A stretch of 64,000 nt of DNA from an uncultured Alphaproteobacteria bacterium (GTDB lineage: Bacteria; Pseudomonadota; Alphaproteobacteria; SHNJ01), in contig CAZYJI010000004.1 in the NCBI GenBank assembly GCA_964647725.1, forward strand, positions 52,633 to 116,632. The letters run 5' to 3'. This document shows positions 37,085 through 47,186 of the stretch, piece after piece. The notes beneath the pieces were generated by a model. It ran no database searches and had not been told where the DNA came from. It worked only from the letters and a program-made list of their open reading frames with translations. The first letter of the stretch is position 1, and each line of letters opens with the position of its first letter. The position numbers and the translations under genes are program-made.

Positions 37085-37429
37085 ATGGGCGAAGTTCTCA
37101 ATTTATCAAATTTACGCGAAATGACCGGCGGCGATCCTTTTCTAGAAAAAGAACTATTTACCGTTTTTATCAGTTCTTCGGAAGAATGTTTACAAAGCCT
37201 ACAACAGCATACCGGTCCCAATGATACAGAACATTGGAAACGTCATGCTCACGCTTGGAAGGGAATAAGTTTAAACCTTGGTGCGGAAAACTTGGCCCAG
37301 TTATGTAAAAGCGCGCAAGACAATTACATGGCCGAACAAGAAATTAAACAGCGAATAACCGAAACCCTGCAACAAGAATACAGCAAAGTTAAGTCTGCCT
37401 TGAATATCGTTATGGATACCGCTTCATAA
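37085..37429 (+). CDS. Hpt (histidine phosphotransfer) domain protein
   Basis: 114 aa with HAHAWKGISLNLGAENL, which fits HxxKG...GA. It starts 4 nt after the RR stop. The track ORF begins earlier at 36986. Confidence 0.8.
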   Translation: MGEVLNLSNLREMTGGDPFLEKELFTVFISSSEECLQSLQQHTGPNDTEHWKRHAHAWKGISLNLGAENLAQLCKSAQDNYMAEQEIKQRITETLQQEYSKVKSALNIVMDTAS

Positions 37430-37461
37430 ATCATTATCAATACTTATATTTCCGAGGGAAA

Positions 37462-38439
37462 ATGCGTATAGGTTTTTATTTCATTTTCATCCTGATGTTA
37501 GGATCGCTGTTTTCTTACTCATCCACTGCCCTGGCCACCGATCAAAAATACAATCACGAGCCTATTCAACCCATTGTGGGCATCAGCAGTTTAGATCCCA
37601 AACGCGTTGAATTGGGTAAAAAGCTTTTTCACGATGTGCGGTTATCAAAAAATGAAAAACTATCTTGCGCTTCTTGTCATGAAATCCACACCAGCGGAAC
37701 TATAAATACCGCTTATCCTGTCGCCGGTGTCAGTGGCAAGGCCATATCGATCAATGTCCCCACTGTCTGGGGTAGCGCCCTGAATTTCACGCAATTTTGG
37801 GATGGTCGGGCCGCAACTTTAGAAGAACAAATCAGCGGGCCAATTTTAAACCCGGACGAAATGGGAAATTCCTGGCCCGAAATTATCGCCAAACTTAAAA
37901 TGATACCGGAATACAAACAAGCCTTTCTTGAAATATATAAATCGCCGCCAACGGAAAAGAACATCAAAGATGCTATTGCGACGTATGAACGGTTTTTAAT
38001 TCCAGTCAACGCGCCATTCGATAAATACTTGCTCGGCGAGGAATCAGCGATTTCCGCCGATGCCAAGGCGGGCTACCGTTTATTTAAAGATTTAGGATGC
38101 TCGTCATGCCATCAAGGCGCCAATGTTGGCGGCAATATGTTCCAAAAATTCGGAATTGTTGGTGATTACTTTATGGACCGCGGCCATCTTACTTCTGGAG
38201 ATTATGGCCGTTTTAACGTGACTAAAAAAGAAGAAGACCGTTATGTATTCAAAGTACCATCCTTGCGCAATGTCGCCAAAACCGCGCCGTATTTTCATGA
38301 CGGATCGGCCGCGACGCTGGAAGAAGCGGTTGACGTCATGGCCAAATATCAATTGGGGCGCACCTTGTCCCAAGACGAGCGCAGAAAATTGGTAGAATTT
38401 CTTAAAAGCTTAACTGGCACGCTGCCTGTACTGGAATGA
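37462..38439 (+). CDS. di-haem cytochrome c peroxidase (BCCP/MauG family), periplasmic
   Basis: Signal peptide, two CxxCH motifs (CASCH and CSSCH), FWDGRA, and [17 protein letters not shown]. Confidence 0.92.
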   Translation: MRIGFYFIFILMLGSLFSYSSTALATDQKYNHEPIQPIVGISSLDPKRVELGKKLFHDVRLSKNEKLSCASCHEIHTSGTINTAYPVAGVSGKAISINVPTVWGSALNFTQFWDGRAATLEEQISGPILNPDEMGNSWPEIIAKLKMIPEYKQAFLEIYKSPPTEKNIKDAIATYERFLIPVNAPFDKYLLGEESAISADAKAGYRLFKDLGCSSCHQGANVGGNMFQKFGIVGDYFMDRGHLTSGDYGRFNVTKKEEDRYVFKVPSLRNVAKTAPYFHDGSAATLEEAVDVMAKYQLGRTLSQDERRKLVEFLKSLTGTLPVLE

Positions 38440-40991
38440 ACATGAAAAACCCTATGCGCAAGCATTTTATTTTTATTTTCGTGCTGGCGATCGCTGTGTG
38501 CTTTTTCTTTTATCAATCCTATTGGTCTTCCCGGAATACCTATGTGCAGATCCTTAGTGAATTGCGTTCATTGCGCGGTCTTAACGCCGAATTAAATGAA
38601 AACATCCTATTGGCTAGAAATAATTTACTGAGTAACTATGACGGCTTAGTCCGGCTTTCGCAATCGATGAACGAAACAACTCTTACCATACAAAACAAAA
38701 TCGAAGAAACGATACAGACGCCAAATGCGATATTCTTCCCATCTCCCTACAATTCAAAACAATATATTGAATTGGGCCGACAAACCAAAGCGGCCATTGA
38801 AAAATATATTTTATTCAACGGCACCCGCAGCGCAGTTTTAGAAGAATTCAAAGCAAAGAATGCAATCTTAAGAAATTCGGCGCATTATTTGCCTACAATC
38901 CATGTGGAACTGGCCGCCGCCTTGTATGACAAGCGCCATGACGATGTTGCCAACCATATTGACGAATTATATCAATATACATTGCTATATTTGAGCGATA
39001 CGAATGATCAAACAAAATCCGAAATTGAATCTCTGCTTGATAAAATTACTCTGCTGCAGCTCCAATTAAGCAGCGCGGATAAAAATAAACTGCATTACTT
39101 GGTCGCTCATACAAAAATTATTGTCGATGCATTAAGTCAGGTTTCGTCTTTAACACAATCGCTATTATCTCCGGAAAATAAGACCATATTAAACGACTTA
39201 AATACGTTAATATACCAAAGATTGGAAATCTCCCAGAACGCCGAAATATTTTTTAATGCGGGACTATTTCTACTCTCCCTAATTCTAATTTGTTATATCC
39301 TAGCAATTTTGACAAAACTGTACCGCACCGTAAACAAATTGGGCTCAACCAATTCTTTGTTGGTTGTTGCTAACAATGCCAAATCTGAATTCCTTGCCAA
39401 TATGAGCCATGAAATCAGGACGCCGATGAATGCGGTTATTGGCATGACTTCATTATTGCTGGACAGCAACCTCAACGATGAACAACGGCGATGGGCGGAA
39501 ATTGTTGGACGTTCCGGCGATTCGTTATTAACGCTGATTAACGATATTATGGATTTCACCAAAATCGAGGCCGGAAAATTCACCCTAGAATTGATCCCTT
39601 TCAGCCTATCTAAAATTATCGAAGAATGTATGGATTTGCTGGCGGTTACAGCAAAGGAAAAAAATCTGGAATTGTTGATGTATGCCGCCAATGAAATACC
39701 GGAAAATTTAATCGGCGATCCAGCGCGCGTGCGGCAAATATTGTTAAATTTATTGGGCAACGCCCTGAAATTTACTTTAGAAGGTTATGTTTTACTGGAA
39801 ATCCAAACCAAATTCTTAGACACCAAAAAAATCGCCATTTCATTCATCATCAAGGACACCGGCATCGGCATCGCGCCCGATAAAATCGAACATATATTTA
39901 CCATGTTCAGTCAGGCGGAAGCATCTACTACGCGACGTTTTGGCGGCAGTGGCCTTGGCCTTACAATTTGCAAAAGATTAACCGAAATGATGGGCGGCAA
40001 CACTGAAGTTAGCAGCCAGTTGGGCAAAGGATCGATATTCTCATTTACTCTGCCTTTCGATATTGCGGATGAAAGCACCGGCACCAAGGAGCCAAGCGGA
40101 TTTACACTGGAGAAAAAAGACATTTCCCAAGCCCGATTGTTGATTGTCGACGATTATCCAGTCAGCGCGGATATTTTATCTGCCTATTGCCGCAGCTGGA
40201 ATATTCAACACAAAGCTGTCAACAGCTCGGCTGCGGCCTATCAAGAATTATTGGCCATGGCGGAAAAAGGCGAACCATATCACATCGCCCTTCTCGATTA
40301 CCGCATGCCGGATCAAGACGGAAAAACATTGGGCCAGCGGATAAAATCCTCGCCGGCCATTCGCGAGACGGCGCTAGTTTTGTTAACATCCCACTTATAT
40401 GCTGGCAGCCAAGCAGAGTTAACGGCCATCGGCTTTTCCGGGATGCTGACAAAACCGTATTATCCAACGGAAATTCAAAAAACCATCATTCTCATTTGGG
40501 ATGCCTTGACCCGCAAACAACCGGTAAATTTCATCACTAGGCATTTTATTAAAGGCGGTTTCCAGGACCCACTATCCGAAACCCGTAAACAGAAATTACT
40601 GCAATTTCAAAATCGCAGAATTTTGGTGGTAGAAGATATGGCCATCAACCAAATGCTGATGACCAGCGTTCTGGCTAAATTCGGCTGTGTGACCGATATT
40701 GCGCATAATGGCGCTGAAGCCGTCGATATGTTCCAACAAAAAGATTATGATTTGGTTTTTATGGATTTCCACATGCCGGAAATGGATGGATTCGATGCCA
40801 CCCGCTTGATCCGCCAGCATGAGCAAGATGCAAAATTAAAACGCCACCCGATTATCGCTTTGACCGCGGATGCGTTGGAAGGAGACCGGGACAGCTCCCT
40901 GGCAGCCGGCATGGATGATTATGTCAGCAAACCCGTGCAAATGGCCACGATCGAAAAAACATTGAAAAAACACCTGCATCCCAATGCGTAA
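38436..40991 (+). CDS. hybrid sensor histidine kinase (periplasmic helical sensor, HisKA, HATPase, two receiver domains)
   Basis: Two TM helices flank a periplasmic region of about 250 aa. The H-box is [13 protein letters not shown] and the G-boxes are DTGIGI and GGSGLGL. Receiver domains begin at LLIVDDY and ILVVEDM. The start overlaps the peroxidase stop (ATGA). Confidence 0.93.
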   Translation: MNMKNPMRKHFIFIFVLAIAVCFFFYQSYWSSRNTYVQILSELRSLRGLNAELNENILLARNNLLSNYDGLVRLSQSMNETTLTIQNKIEETIQTPNAIFFPSPYNSKQYIELGRQTKAAIEKYILFNGTRSAVLEEFKAKNAILRNSAHYLPTIHVELAAALYDKRHDDVANHIDELYQYTLLYLSDTNDQTKSEIESLLDKITLLQLQLSSADKNKLHYLVAHTKIIVDALSQVSSLTQSLLSPENKTILNDLNTLIYQRLEISQNAEIFFNAGLFLLSLILICYILAILTKLYRTVNKLGSTNSLLVVANNAKSEFLANMSHEIRTPMNAVIGMTSLLLDSNLNDEQRRWAEIVGRSGDSLLTLINDIMDFTKIEAGKFTLELIPFSLSKIIEECMDLLAVTAKEKNLELLMYAANEIPENLIGDPARVRQILLNLLGNALKFTLEGYVLLEIQTKFLDTKKIAISFIIKDTGIGIAPDKIEHIFTMFSQAEASTTRRFGGSGLGLTICKRLTEMMGGNTEVSSQLGKGSIFSFTLPFDIADESTGTKEPSGFTLEKKDISQARLLIVDDYPVSADILSAYCRSWNIQHKAVNSSAAAYQELLAMAEKGEPYHIALLDYRMPDQDGKTLGQRIKSSPAIRETALVLLTSHLYAGSQAELTAIGFSGMLTKPYYPTEIQKTIILIWDALTRKQPVNFITRHFIKGGFQDPLSETRKQKLLQFQNRRILVVEDMAINQMLMTSVLAKFGCVTDIAHNGAEAVDMFQQKDYDLVFMDFHMPEMDGFDATRLIRQHEQDAKLKRHPIIALTADALEGDRDSSLAAGMDDYVSKPVQMATIEKTLKKHLHPNA

Positions 40992-41002
40992 GGGCGCGTA
41001 GT

Positions 41003-41449
41003 TTATTCTTTGTCTTCGTCGCGATGCGTGCGTTCGTATTTTTCGTGATTTTCTTGAGCTTCGAGGCACAAGGTTGCAATCGGCCGCGCTTCTAACCGGG
41101 CAAGACCGATTGGCGCGCCGGTTTCTTCGCAATAACCGTATTCGCCCTGTTCAATCCGTTCCATCGCCGCATCGATTTTGGAAATCAATTTCCGTTCGCG
41201 ATCGCGGGTACGCAGTTCCAGCGCCATATCGGTTTCCAGCGAAGCCCGGTCGGTAATATCCGGCTGTTGCAGGCTTTCTTCCTGAATGTGATGCAGGGTT
41301 TGTTTGGACTCGCGCAAAATTTCTTCTTTCCAAGCAATCAATTTGCGGCGGAAATATTCCAAATGCGCCGGGCACATGTATTCTTCTTTGGTTGACGGTT
41401 TATAATCCGGCGCCAAGGTCAATACGGCAGTTTGCGTTTTTGCGTTCAT
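41003..41449 (-). CDS. dksA: RNA polymerase-binding transcription factor DksA (two-Cys variant)
   Basis: 148 aa with the coiled-coil tip DITDRAS and the region YGYCEETGAPIGLARLEARPIATLCLEAQ. Confidence 0.9.
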   Translation of the reverse strand: MNAKTQTAVLTLAPDYKPSTKEEYMCPAHLEYFRRKLIAWKEEILRESKQTLHHIQEESLQQPDITDRASLETDMALELRTRDRERKLISKIDAAMERIEQGEYGYCEETGAPIGLARLEARPIATLCLEAQENHEKYERTHRDEDKE

Positions 41450-41575
41450 TACATCATCCTAACAGGATTAAAGATCAAAAAAATATAGGGTTCCAGATAG
41501 GCCAGTTCAAGCGAAAATGTTTAGAATGATTCACAAATTGGCGTTTTATCCCCCTCTGAAAAGGGTATAAAAATC

Positions 41576-41998
41576 TTATAAATAAGCCTCTAATTTGGCC
41601 AATTCGACCAAAGCACGAGTTTCAATTTCATCGATAATTTCCAGCATCTTTGGGCTAACGCCGGCGTATTCCCGTTGGCGTTGCATCATATCCGCCAGGT
41701 TGCGCAGCCGCGAAACAGGCACGCCGCCCATCAATAAATCGTGCAAAACACCTTCTAGGACATCCAATACTTCCTCGCCATGCTGCCGCGCCTTGGCATT
41801 TTTATCGGTCGCCGATCCCATCGCCTGAAGCGATAACAAAGAATCGACGTTGCTGACGGCGGAAGTGGACAGAACGCTTTGTGCTTCTTCGGTTTCCTGC
41901 AAATGGCTGGCAAAAGTCGAGCCGCCGGCAGATTTGGTTTTACCGGTTTTGCGTATGCCAGCGCTGGAGGTGACGGAATCTGTCGATTTGATCTTCAT
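41576..41998 (-). CDS. fliX: flagellar assembly regulator FliX
   Basis: 140 aa with a Ser/Gly-rich N-terminus and a C-terminus LEIIDEIETRALVELAKLE resembling Caulobacter FliX. It is divergent from flgI, as in Caulobacter. Confidence 0.7.
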   Translation of the reverse strand: MKIKSTDSVTSSAGIRKTGKTKSAGGSTFASHLQETEEAQSVLSTSAVSNVDSLLSLQAMGSATDKNAKARQHGEEVLDVLEGVLHDLLMGGVPVSRLRNLADMMQRQREYAGVSPKMLEIIDEIETRALVELAKLEAYL

Positions 41999-42045
41999 GG
42001 ATAACTCTGAATCTCTATTTAGAATATCGGACTTTTACACTAGCT

Positions 42046-42054
42046 ACTATACCA
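42046..42054 (-). promoter_or_regulatory. extended -10 element TGGTATAGT upstream of fliX
   Basis: The minus strand reads ctggtaTGGTATAGTagc. It ends 48 nt before the fliX ATG. Confidence 0.35.
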
Positions 42055-42223
42055 TACCAGATAAATATGTCCCCAATTGGACCAAAATCAGTAATTATGC
42101 AACGCCAGTATATGGCTTAAATACTTGAAATCAGGTGGGAATTTTTTGCCCACTTAAGGCATGTCTTACCCCTACCACCTCTCTAAAACCCAGAAATAAT
42201 GCTTATTTTTCAATGATTTGTTT

Positions 42224-42239
42224 TGGCACGATCCTCGCA
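42224..42239 (+). promoter_or_regulatory. sigma54-type promoter (TGGCAC-N5-TCGCA) for flgI operon
   Basis: The sequence is tggcacgatcctcgca. It lies about 50 nt upstream of the flgI ATG. Confidence 0.6.
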
Positions 42240-42289
42240 AGCAATAATACTGATTTATCAGCTTTTAACGAAAGAAAGCGAGTCGAGAC

Positions 42290-43420
42290 ATGTTTAGTTT
42301 TGGGGAAATTCGTAGAAAAATCATCTTATCGATCACTTTGATCGCGTACCTGATGTACGCCAGCCCAGTTGCCGCCATGTCGCGCATCAAAGATATCGCC
42401 GATTTCGAAGGCGTACGCGACAACATGTTGGTTGGTTACGGCTTGGTTGTCGGTTTGAATGGCACCGGCGATTCGCTCACATCTTCTGTTTTCACCAAAG
42501 AAAGTTTGATCGGTATGTTAGAACGTCTCGGCATCAATGCCCGGGATGATTCGTTGAAAACCAAAAACGTGGCCGCCGTTATGGTCACCGCAACTCTTCC
42601 TCCATTTTCCCGCCAAGGCAGCCGCATCGACATCACCGTCGCCACTATCGGCGATGCTAAAAGTTTGCTTGGCGGCACCTTGATGGTTACGCCCCTGCTC
42701 GGCGCTGATGGCGAAGTTTACGCCGTATCCCAAGGTCAAATCGCCGCCGGCGGATTTAGCGCCGAAGGCAAGGGCGGCAGCGTAACCCGCGGCGTTCCAA
42801 CCAATGGCCGCATCGCCAATGGTGCGATTATCGAACGCGAATTACCGTTCCAAATGAAAGAATTGCAGACTTTGAAAATTGCCTTGCGCAATCCGGATTT
42901 CACCACATCTTCCCGCGTAGCTGAAGCGATCAACAGCTTTGTCGGCACAACCGCCGCCAAAGCCAATGATCCAGGCACCATAGTAATTGAAGTTCCAGAA
43001 AAATATCAAAAAGATTCCGTTGCGTTCATCACCGATATCGAACAATTGCGCATCGCACCAGATCAATTGGCCCGCGTCGTAATTGACGAACAATCCGGCA
43101 TTATCGTTATGGGTGAAAATGTCCGTATCAACACGGTTGCCATCGCCCAAGGCAATTTGACCATCAAAATTACCGAAGCGCCGCAAGTATCGCAACCGAA
43201 CGCTTTTTCTGAAACTGGCGATACCGTCACCGTCGACCGTACCAAAATCGAAATCGACGATGATTCGGAAAAACGCATGACCATCATGCGCGCCGGTATT
43301 TCGATTCAAGATTTGGTCGTAGGCCTCAATGCCCTTGGCATTGGCCCGCGCGACATGATCAGCATCTTGCAAGCAATCAAAGCTGCCGGCGCGATGCAAG
43401 CCGATATCGAGGTGATGTAA
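42290..43420 (+). CDS. flgI: flagellar P-ring protein FlgI
   Basis: RIKDIADFEGVRDNMLVGYGLVVGLNGTGDS is canonical FlgI. The protein is 376 aa. Confidence 0.96.
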   Translation: MFSFGEIRRKIILSITLIAYLMYASPVAAMSRIKDIADFEGVRDNMLVGYGLVVGLNGTGDSLTSSVFTKESLIGMLERLGINARDDSLKTKNVAAVMVTATLPPFSRQGSRIDITVATIGDAKSLLGGTLMVTPLLGADGEVYAVSQGQIAAGGFSAEGKGGSVTRGVPTNGRIANGAIIERELPFQMKELQTLKIALRNPDFTTSSRVAEAINSFVGTTAAKANDPGTIVIEVPEKYQKDSVAFITDIEQLRIAPDQLARVVIDEQSGIIVMGENVRINTVAIAQGNLTIKITEAPQVSQPNAFSETGDTVTVDRTKIEIDDDSEKRMTIMRAGISIQDLVVGLNALGIGPRDMISILQAIKAAGAMQADIEVM

Positions 43421-43740
43421 TGGATATCGGAACTCCCGCAACTGTATTAGATATGATGCGCCCGGAAGCGAAATTGCCGAACGCATCGGCAACACCGAAA
43501 AATCTGCCAGCAATTAAAAAAGCGGCGCAAGAATTCGAATCGGTATTTCTAAGCGAAATGATGCAGCATATGTTTTCCGGCATTAAGCCTAATAAAACAT
43601 TCGGCGGCGGCCATAGCGAAGATATTTACCGTTCGATGCTGGTTCAAGAGTATGCCAATGCCATGAGTAAACAAGGCGGAATTGGCGTCAGCGATGCGAT
43701 CATGAAAGAGATGATCAAAATGCAAGGAGCTGCCCAATGA
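43420..43740 (+). CDS. flgJ: rod-binding protein (FlgJ N-terminal domain only, no muramidase)
   Basis: AAQEFESVFLSEMMQHMF is a rod-binding domain motif. The protein is 106 aa and its start overlaps the flgI stop. Confidence 0.8.
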   Translation: MDIGTPATVLDMMRPEAKLPNASATPKNLPAIKKAAQEFESVFLSEMMQHMFSGIKPNKTFGGGHSEDIYRSMLVQEYANAMSKQGGIGVSDAIMKEMIKMQGAAQ

Positions 43741-44198
43741 CCAAAACCATAGCGGTTGAAAACAAAAACGACTTTATCGATTTGTTGATCGGTGTCAGCG
43801 AACAATTGATCAATGTGATCAGCGAAGAAAACTCACTTTTGAAAGACCGCAAATACAATACCGCCGGCGGTTTGCAAAATGAAAAAGCCCGCCTAAGCTT
43901 TGCTTACGAAAATCAAATCCGCGTTTTGCGCGAAAATCCGGCCGTTGTGGCTTCGATCAGCCCTGATCAGAGAATTTTGTTAAATGATTTGGCTGCCCGT
44001 TTTGATGAAGCCGCCAGTGAGAACCTGCATTTATTGGCAGCGGCCAGACATGTAAATTTACGCGTTCTCGAAGCTATTCGCGACGCGGCAATAGAACAAG
44101 TAACCAGTACACGCGGTTACAGCAACCCGACCAACGCCCCTATTGCCAGCAAAGGCAATAAAGAAGCGCTGTCGGTTACTTTGGATCAGCGTTTATAG
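43737..44198 (+). CDS. hypothetical flagellar protein, possibly FlgN-like export chaperone
   Basis: 153-aa helical protein located between flgJ and flgK, where flgN-like genes often sit. There is no strong motif. Confidence 0.45.
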   Translation: MTKTIAVENKNDFIDLLIGVSEQLINVISEENSLLKDRKYNTAGGLQNEKARLSFAYENQIRVLRENPAVVASISPDQRILLNDLAARFDEAASENLHLLAAARHVNLRVLEAIRDAAIEQVTSTRGYSNPTNAPIASKGNKEALSVTLDQRL

Positions 44199-44223
44199 GT
44201 TTATTTAGAAAAGGATCGCTCCT

Positions 44224-45990
44224 ATGTCACTCACCCTCGCCATGCGCAATGCCCTGTCCGGCATGAATTTAAACCAGTTTGGTCTGGCGGTGACGTCGAA
44301 CAATATTTCCAACGTCAACACGCCTGGCTATACCCGCAAAATCGTCCAGCAAATGAGCCGTTCCGTCGGCGGCATTGGCGGCGGCGTCGATATCGCCGCG
44401 GTTTCGCGCCGGGTCAATGAAGGTTTGATCAAGGAATTGCGCACCCAAATGAGCCGTATGGGCTTGAATAATATGCAAGGCACCTATCTGGCCCGCGTTC
44501 AAGACAGTTTCGGCACGCCTGGTTCCGCCAACGCGATTAATGCCAATATCGGCCGTTTTGCCGCTTCGTTCGAAGCTTTGGGCGTTAATCCGCAAAATAC
44601 CCAAACACAAACCGACACCGTCAACGATGCCGTGCGTATGGCCAGACAAATCAATTCCATGGCAACCAGCACCAATAATCTGCGTGGTCAAGCCGATCAA
44701 GACATCGCCAGCGTCGTTACCAGAATCAATGAACTGGCCGAACAAATCGACTCTTTGAATGACGAGATCGTACAGGGCATCAACAATACCGCCGGCGGCC
44801 AATCGGTCACCGATGCTCAAGACCGCCGCGATCAAGCGTTGCGGGAATTGTCGGAATTGGTCGATGTTGCAACTTATACCCGCAGCGATGGCCGGACCAT
44901 GGTCACCATCGGCGGTTACAGCTTGGTCGGCGACGATGTGCAAACCGTAGCATACACCGCCGCTTCGGTGGTGAACCCTTCTACTGCATTCGGCGCGATT
45001 ACCATTGGTGGTGCTGGCGACTTAACTTCACGCGTTACCAGCGGGAAACTAAAATCGCTAATTACTTTGCGCGATACGACTTTACAAAATTATATGCAAC
45101 AATTGGATACCATGGCATTAGCGTTGCGCGATCGCGTCAATGCGGTTCATAACGACGGTACTTGTGTTCCAGCGCAACGCACCTTAACTGGCACGCAAAC
45201 CGGTCTTGCCGCCGGCACTGTTTTTCCAGCCAGTACTGGATCAGTCCGTATTGCGATTACCGATGCCAATGGCGCCATCGTACGCGTTATCGATTATGCT
45301 TTACCAGCGGCTGCTTCTACCGTTGGTGCAGTGACCACGGCGATCAACGCCGCCCTTGGCGCGGATGGAACCTGCACGATTAACGCCAGCGGCCAAGTAG
45401 TTATCCAAGCCACCAACGCCGCCAACGGCGTGGCTATTAATGAAAATACCGGCCAAGTCGGCGCCACCGGCCAAGGTCTATCCCATTATTTCGGCCTGAA
45501 CGATTTCTTCACCGGCACCGACAACGCCGGATTACACGGCGACTTAGCGATGGCGCTTGCAGTTAATCCAACCTTGGTATCAAACCCGGGTTACATTTCA
45601 CGCGGAGATCTGTCTTTGACTGCCGTGGCCACTGAAAACGGCGTTGCCCCGGGCGATGGTTCGGTCGCGCAGCGTTTGGCCGGTGTTTTCACAACACAAT
45701 ATTCCTTTGCTTCGGTTGGCGGCATGCCGGCAATGACCAATACGATCGGCAATTTCAGCGCTGCGCTGATTGCATTTAACGCAGGCCTCGCCGCATCCGC
45801 CATATCGGATTATGAGATTTCGCAAACCACATTGAACAATTTGGACCAACGCATTGGCAGCGATAGCGGCGTCAGCATCGACGAAGAAATGTCCAACATG
45901 GTGGTTTTGGAAAATGCCTATAACGCATCGGCACAGGTGATCCGCACCGTGAACCAGATGTTCGACGAATTAACCAGAATCTTAGGATAA
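44224..45990 (+). CDS. flgK: flagellar hook-associated protein 1 FlgK
   Basis: N-terminus ALSGMNLNQFGLAVTSNNISNVNTPGYTRK and C-terminus SGVSIDEEMSNMVVLENAYNASAQVIRTV. Confidence 0.92.
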   Translation: MSLTLAMRNALSGMNLNQFGLAVTSNNISNVNTPGYTRKIVQQMSRSVGGIGGGVDIAAVSRRVNEGLIKELRTQMSRMGLNNMQGTYLARVQDSFGTPGSANAINANIGRFAASFEALGVNPQNTQTQTDTVNDAVRMARQINSMATSTNNLRGQADQDIASVVTRINELAEQIDSLNDEIVQGINNTAGGQSVTDAQDRRDQALRELSELVDVATYTRSDGRTMVTIGGYSLVGDDVQTVAYTAASVVNPSTAFGAITIGGAGDLTSRVTSGKLKSLITLRDTTLQNYMQQLDTMALALRDRVNAVHNDGTCVPAQRTLTGTQTGLAAGTVFPASTGSVRIAITDANGAIVRVIDYALPAAASTVGAVTTAINAALGADGTCTINASGQVVIQATNAANGVAINENTGQVGATGQGLSHYFGLNDFFTGTDNAGLHGDLAMALAVNPTLVSNPGYISRGDLSLTAVATENGVAPGDGSVAQRLAGVFTTQYSFASVGGMPAMTNTIGNFSAALIAFNAGLAASAISDYEISQTTLNNLDQRIGSDSGVSIDEEMSNMVVLENAYNASAQVIRTVNQMFDELTRILG

Positions 45991-46008
45991 TAACAGGAGG
46001 GTACGATC

Positions 46009-46167
46009 ATGAACAAAAAAACTAAAATGTCCAATTACTCTTTATACAAACGCAATTTCTTGTCGGACGATTTAATTGAAAACAAAGAATCCGACAATTG
46101 CGACGTTGCAAAGAACCCGTCTTTGGCAAAACGCAAAATGACTTTTACCGCTGCATTAATGAGGTAG
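46009..46167 (+). CDS. unannotated 52-aa ORF between flgK and flgL
   Basis: ATG preceded by AGGAGG with a 7-nt spacer. The product is MNKKTKMSNYSLYKRNFLSDDLIENKESDNCDVAKNPSLAKRKMTFTAALMR. The stop lies 4 nt before the flgL ATG. It falls below the ORF-track size cutoff. Confidence 0.4.
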   Translation: MNKKTKMSNYSLYKRNFLSDDLIENKESDNCDVAKNPSLAKRKMTFTAALMR

Positions 46168-46171
46168 TATC

Positions 46172-47179
46172 ATGGCTTTCCGTGTCGGCGATTTCGCAAA
46201 GTTCAGCAGCATCAATCTGCTGATTCAAAACTCGCAAGCGCGGGTATCGGCCTTGCAAATTCAGGCCGCCACCGGCCGCCGCGGCGAAAGCTATTCCGAC
46301 ATTGCGCCTGCGGCCAACCAAGCCCTTAGCCTGGAAAACAGTTATATGCGCGTCAAGCGTTATCAAGACAATATTAGTCTTGCCGATCAGAAAATCGATG
46401 ACTTTGAATCGGCCATGGCCAGCATGCAGGATATTGCCGAACAATTTAAAACTTTGCTGACCGGCGCATTGAATGCGAACAATGCCGACTTGATTTCGCT
46501 CAGCACCCAAGCCCAATCGATGCTGGACAGCATCCAAAACAGCCTAAACAAACAGGTGGACGGAAAATATTTATTTGCCGGCAGCATGACCAATACCCGG
46601 CCCGTGGATACCACGCGTTGGGGCGCGCCAATGCCTATTCCAACGAACTTTAACGCGCCGGCGGCCTATACGGTTCCAGCATTGCCGGCAACACCGACCA
46701 CATTTCCAGTTGTCATTGGCGCGAACGCCACATCGGAATATTTTGGTTACTATATGGGCAACACCGCAACGCAAACCATTCGCGCGGATGATAATTTGTC
46801 GGTGTCGATCGGCACCACTGCTTCTAATCCAGCTTTTGCACAGTTGATTTATGCCTTGCGTCTGGCTGCGACAATCGGCGCGGCGCCAACGGCGGAACAA
46901 AACGACCGCTTGGAAGGCGCCAACACCATTATGACCACCGTTATTGGCAGCTTGGCCGATATTCGTTCCAATATCGGCGCGCAGGGCAGATTATTGCTCG
47001 ACACTAAAGAATCGCATGGCGCCTATCTGGGCAAGGTCGAAGATCTGGTGCAAGACTTGCAATCGGCCGATATTCCACAGACCATGGCCCGGCTTAGTGC
47101 AGAACAGACACAGCTAGAGGCTTCTTTTATGACTATTTCGCGGCTTAATCAGGTAAGCCTTGTGAACTTCTTACGTTAA
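46172..47179 (+). CDS. flgL: flagellar hook-associated protein 3 FlgL
   Basis: Flagellin-type N- and C-terminal helices (C-terminus DIPQTMARLSAEQTQLEASFMTISRLNQVSLVNFL). It lies downstream of flgK. Confidence 0.88.
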   Translation: MAFRVGDFAKFSSINLLIQNSQARVSALQIQAATGRRGESYSDIAPAANQALSLENSYMRVKRYQDNISLADQKIDDFESAMASMQDIAEQFKTLLTGALNANNADLISLSTQAQSMLDSIQNSLNKQVDGKYLFAGSMTNTRPVDTTRWGAPMPIPTNFNAPAAYTVPALPATPTTFPVVIGANATSEYFGYYMGNTATQTIRADDNLSVSIGTTASNPAFAQLIYALRLAATIGAAPTAEQNDRLEGANTIMTTVIGSLADIRSNIGAQGRLLLDTKESHGAYLGKVEDLVQDLQSADIPQTMARLSAEQTQLEASFMTISRLNQVSLVNFLR

Positions 47180-47186
47180 TTTTAAT

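Noticed and set aside
36742-37221. 159-aa minus-strand ORF
   Set aside because: It is antisense to the receiver domain and the Hpt gene, both of which have clear domain signatures.
42134-42150. tgggaattttttgccc as a possible sigma54 promoter upstream of flgI
   Set aside because: The GG-to-GC spacing is 8-9 nt instead of 10. A properly spaced TGGCAC-N5-TCGCA lies 80 nt downstream.
42842-43513. 223-aa minus-strand ORF
   Set aside because: It is antisense to flgI, which is canonical over its full length.
44269-44943. 224-aa minus-strand ORF
   Set aside because: It is antisense to flgK.
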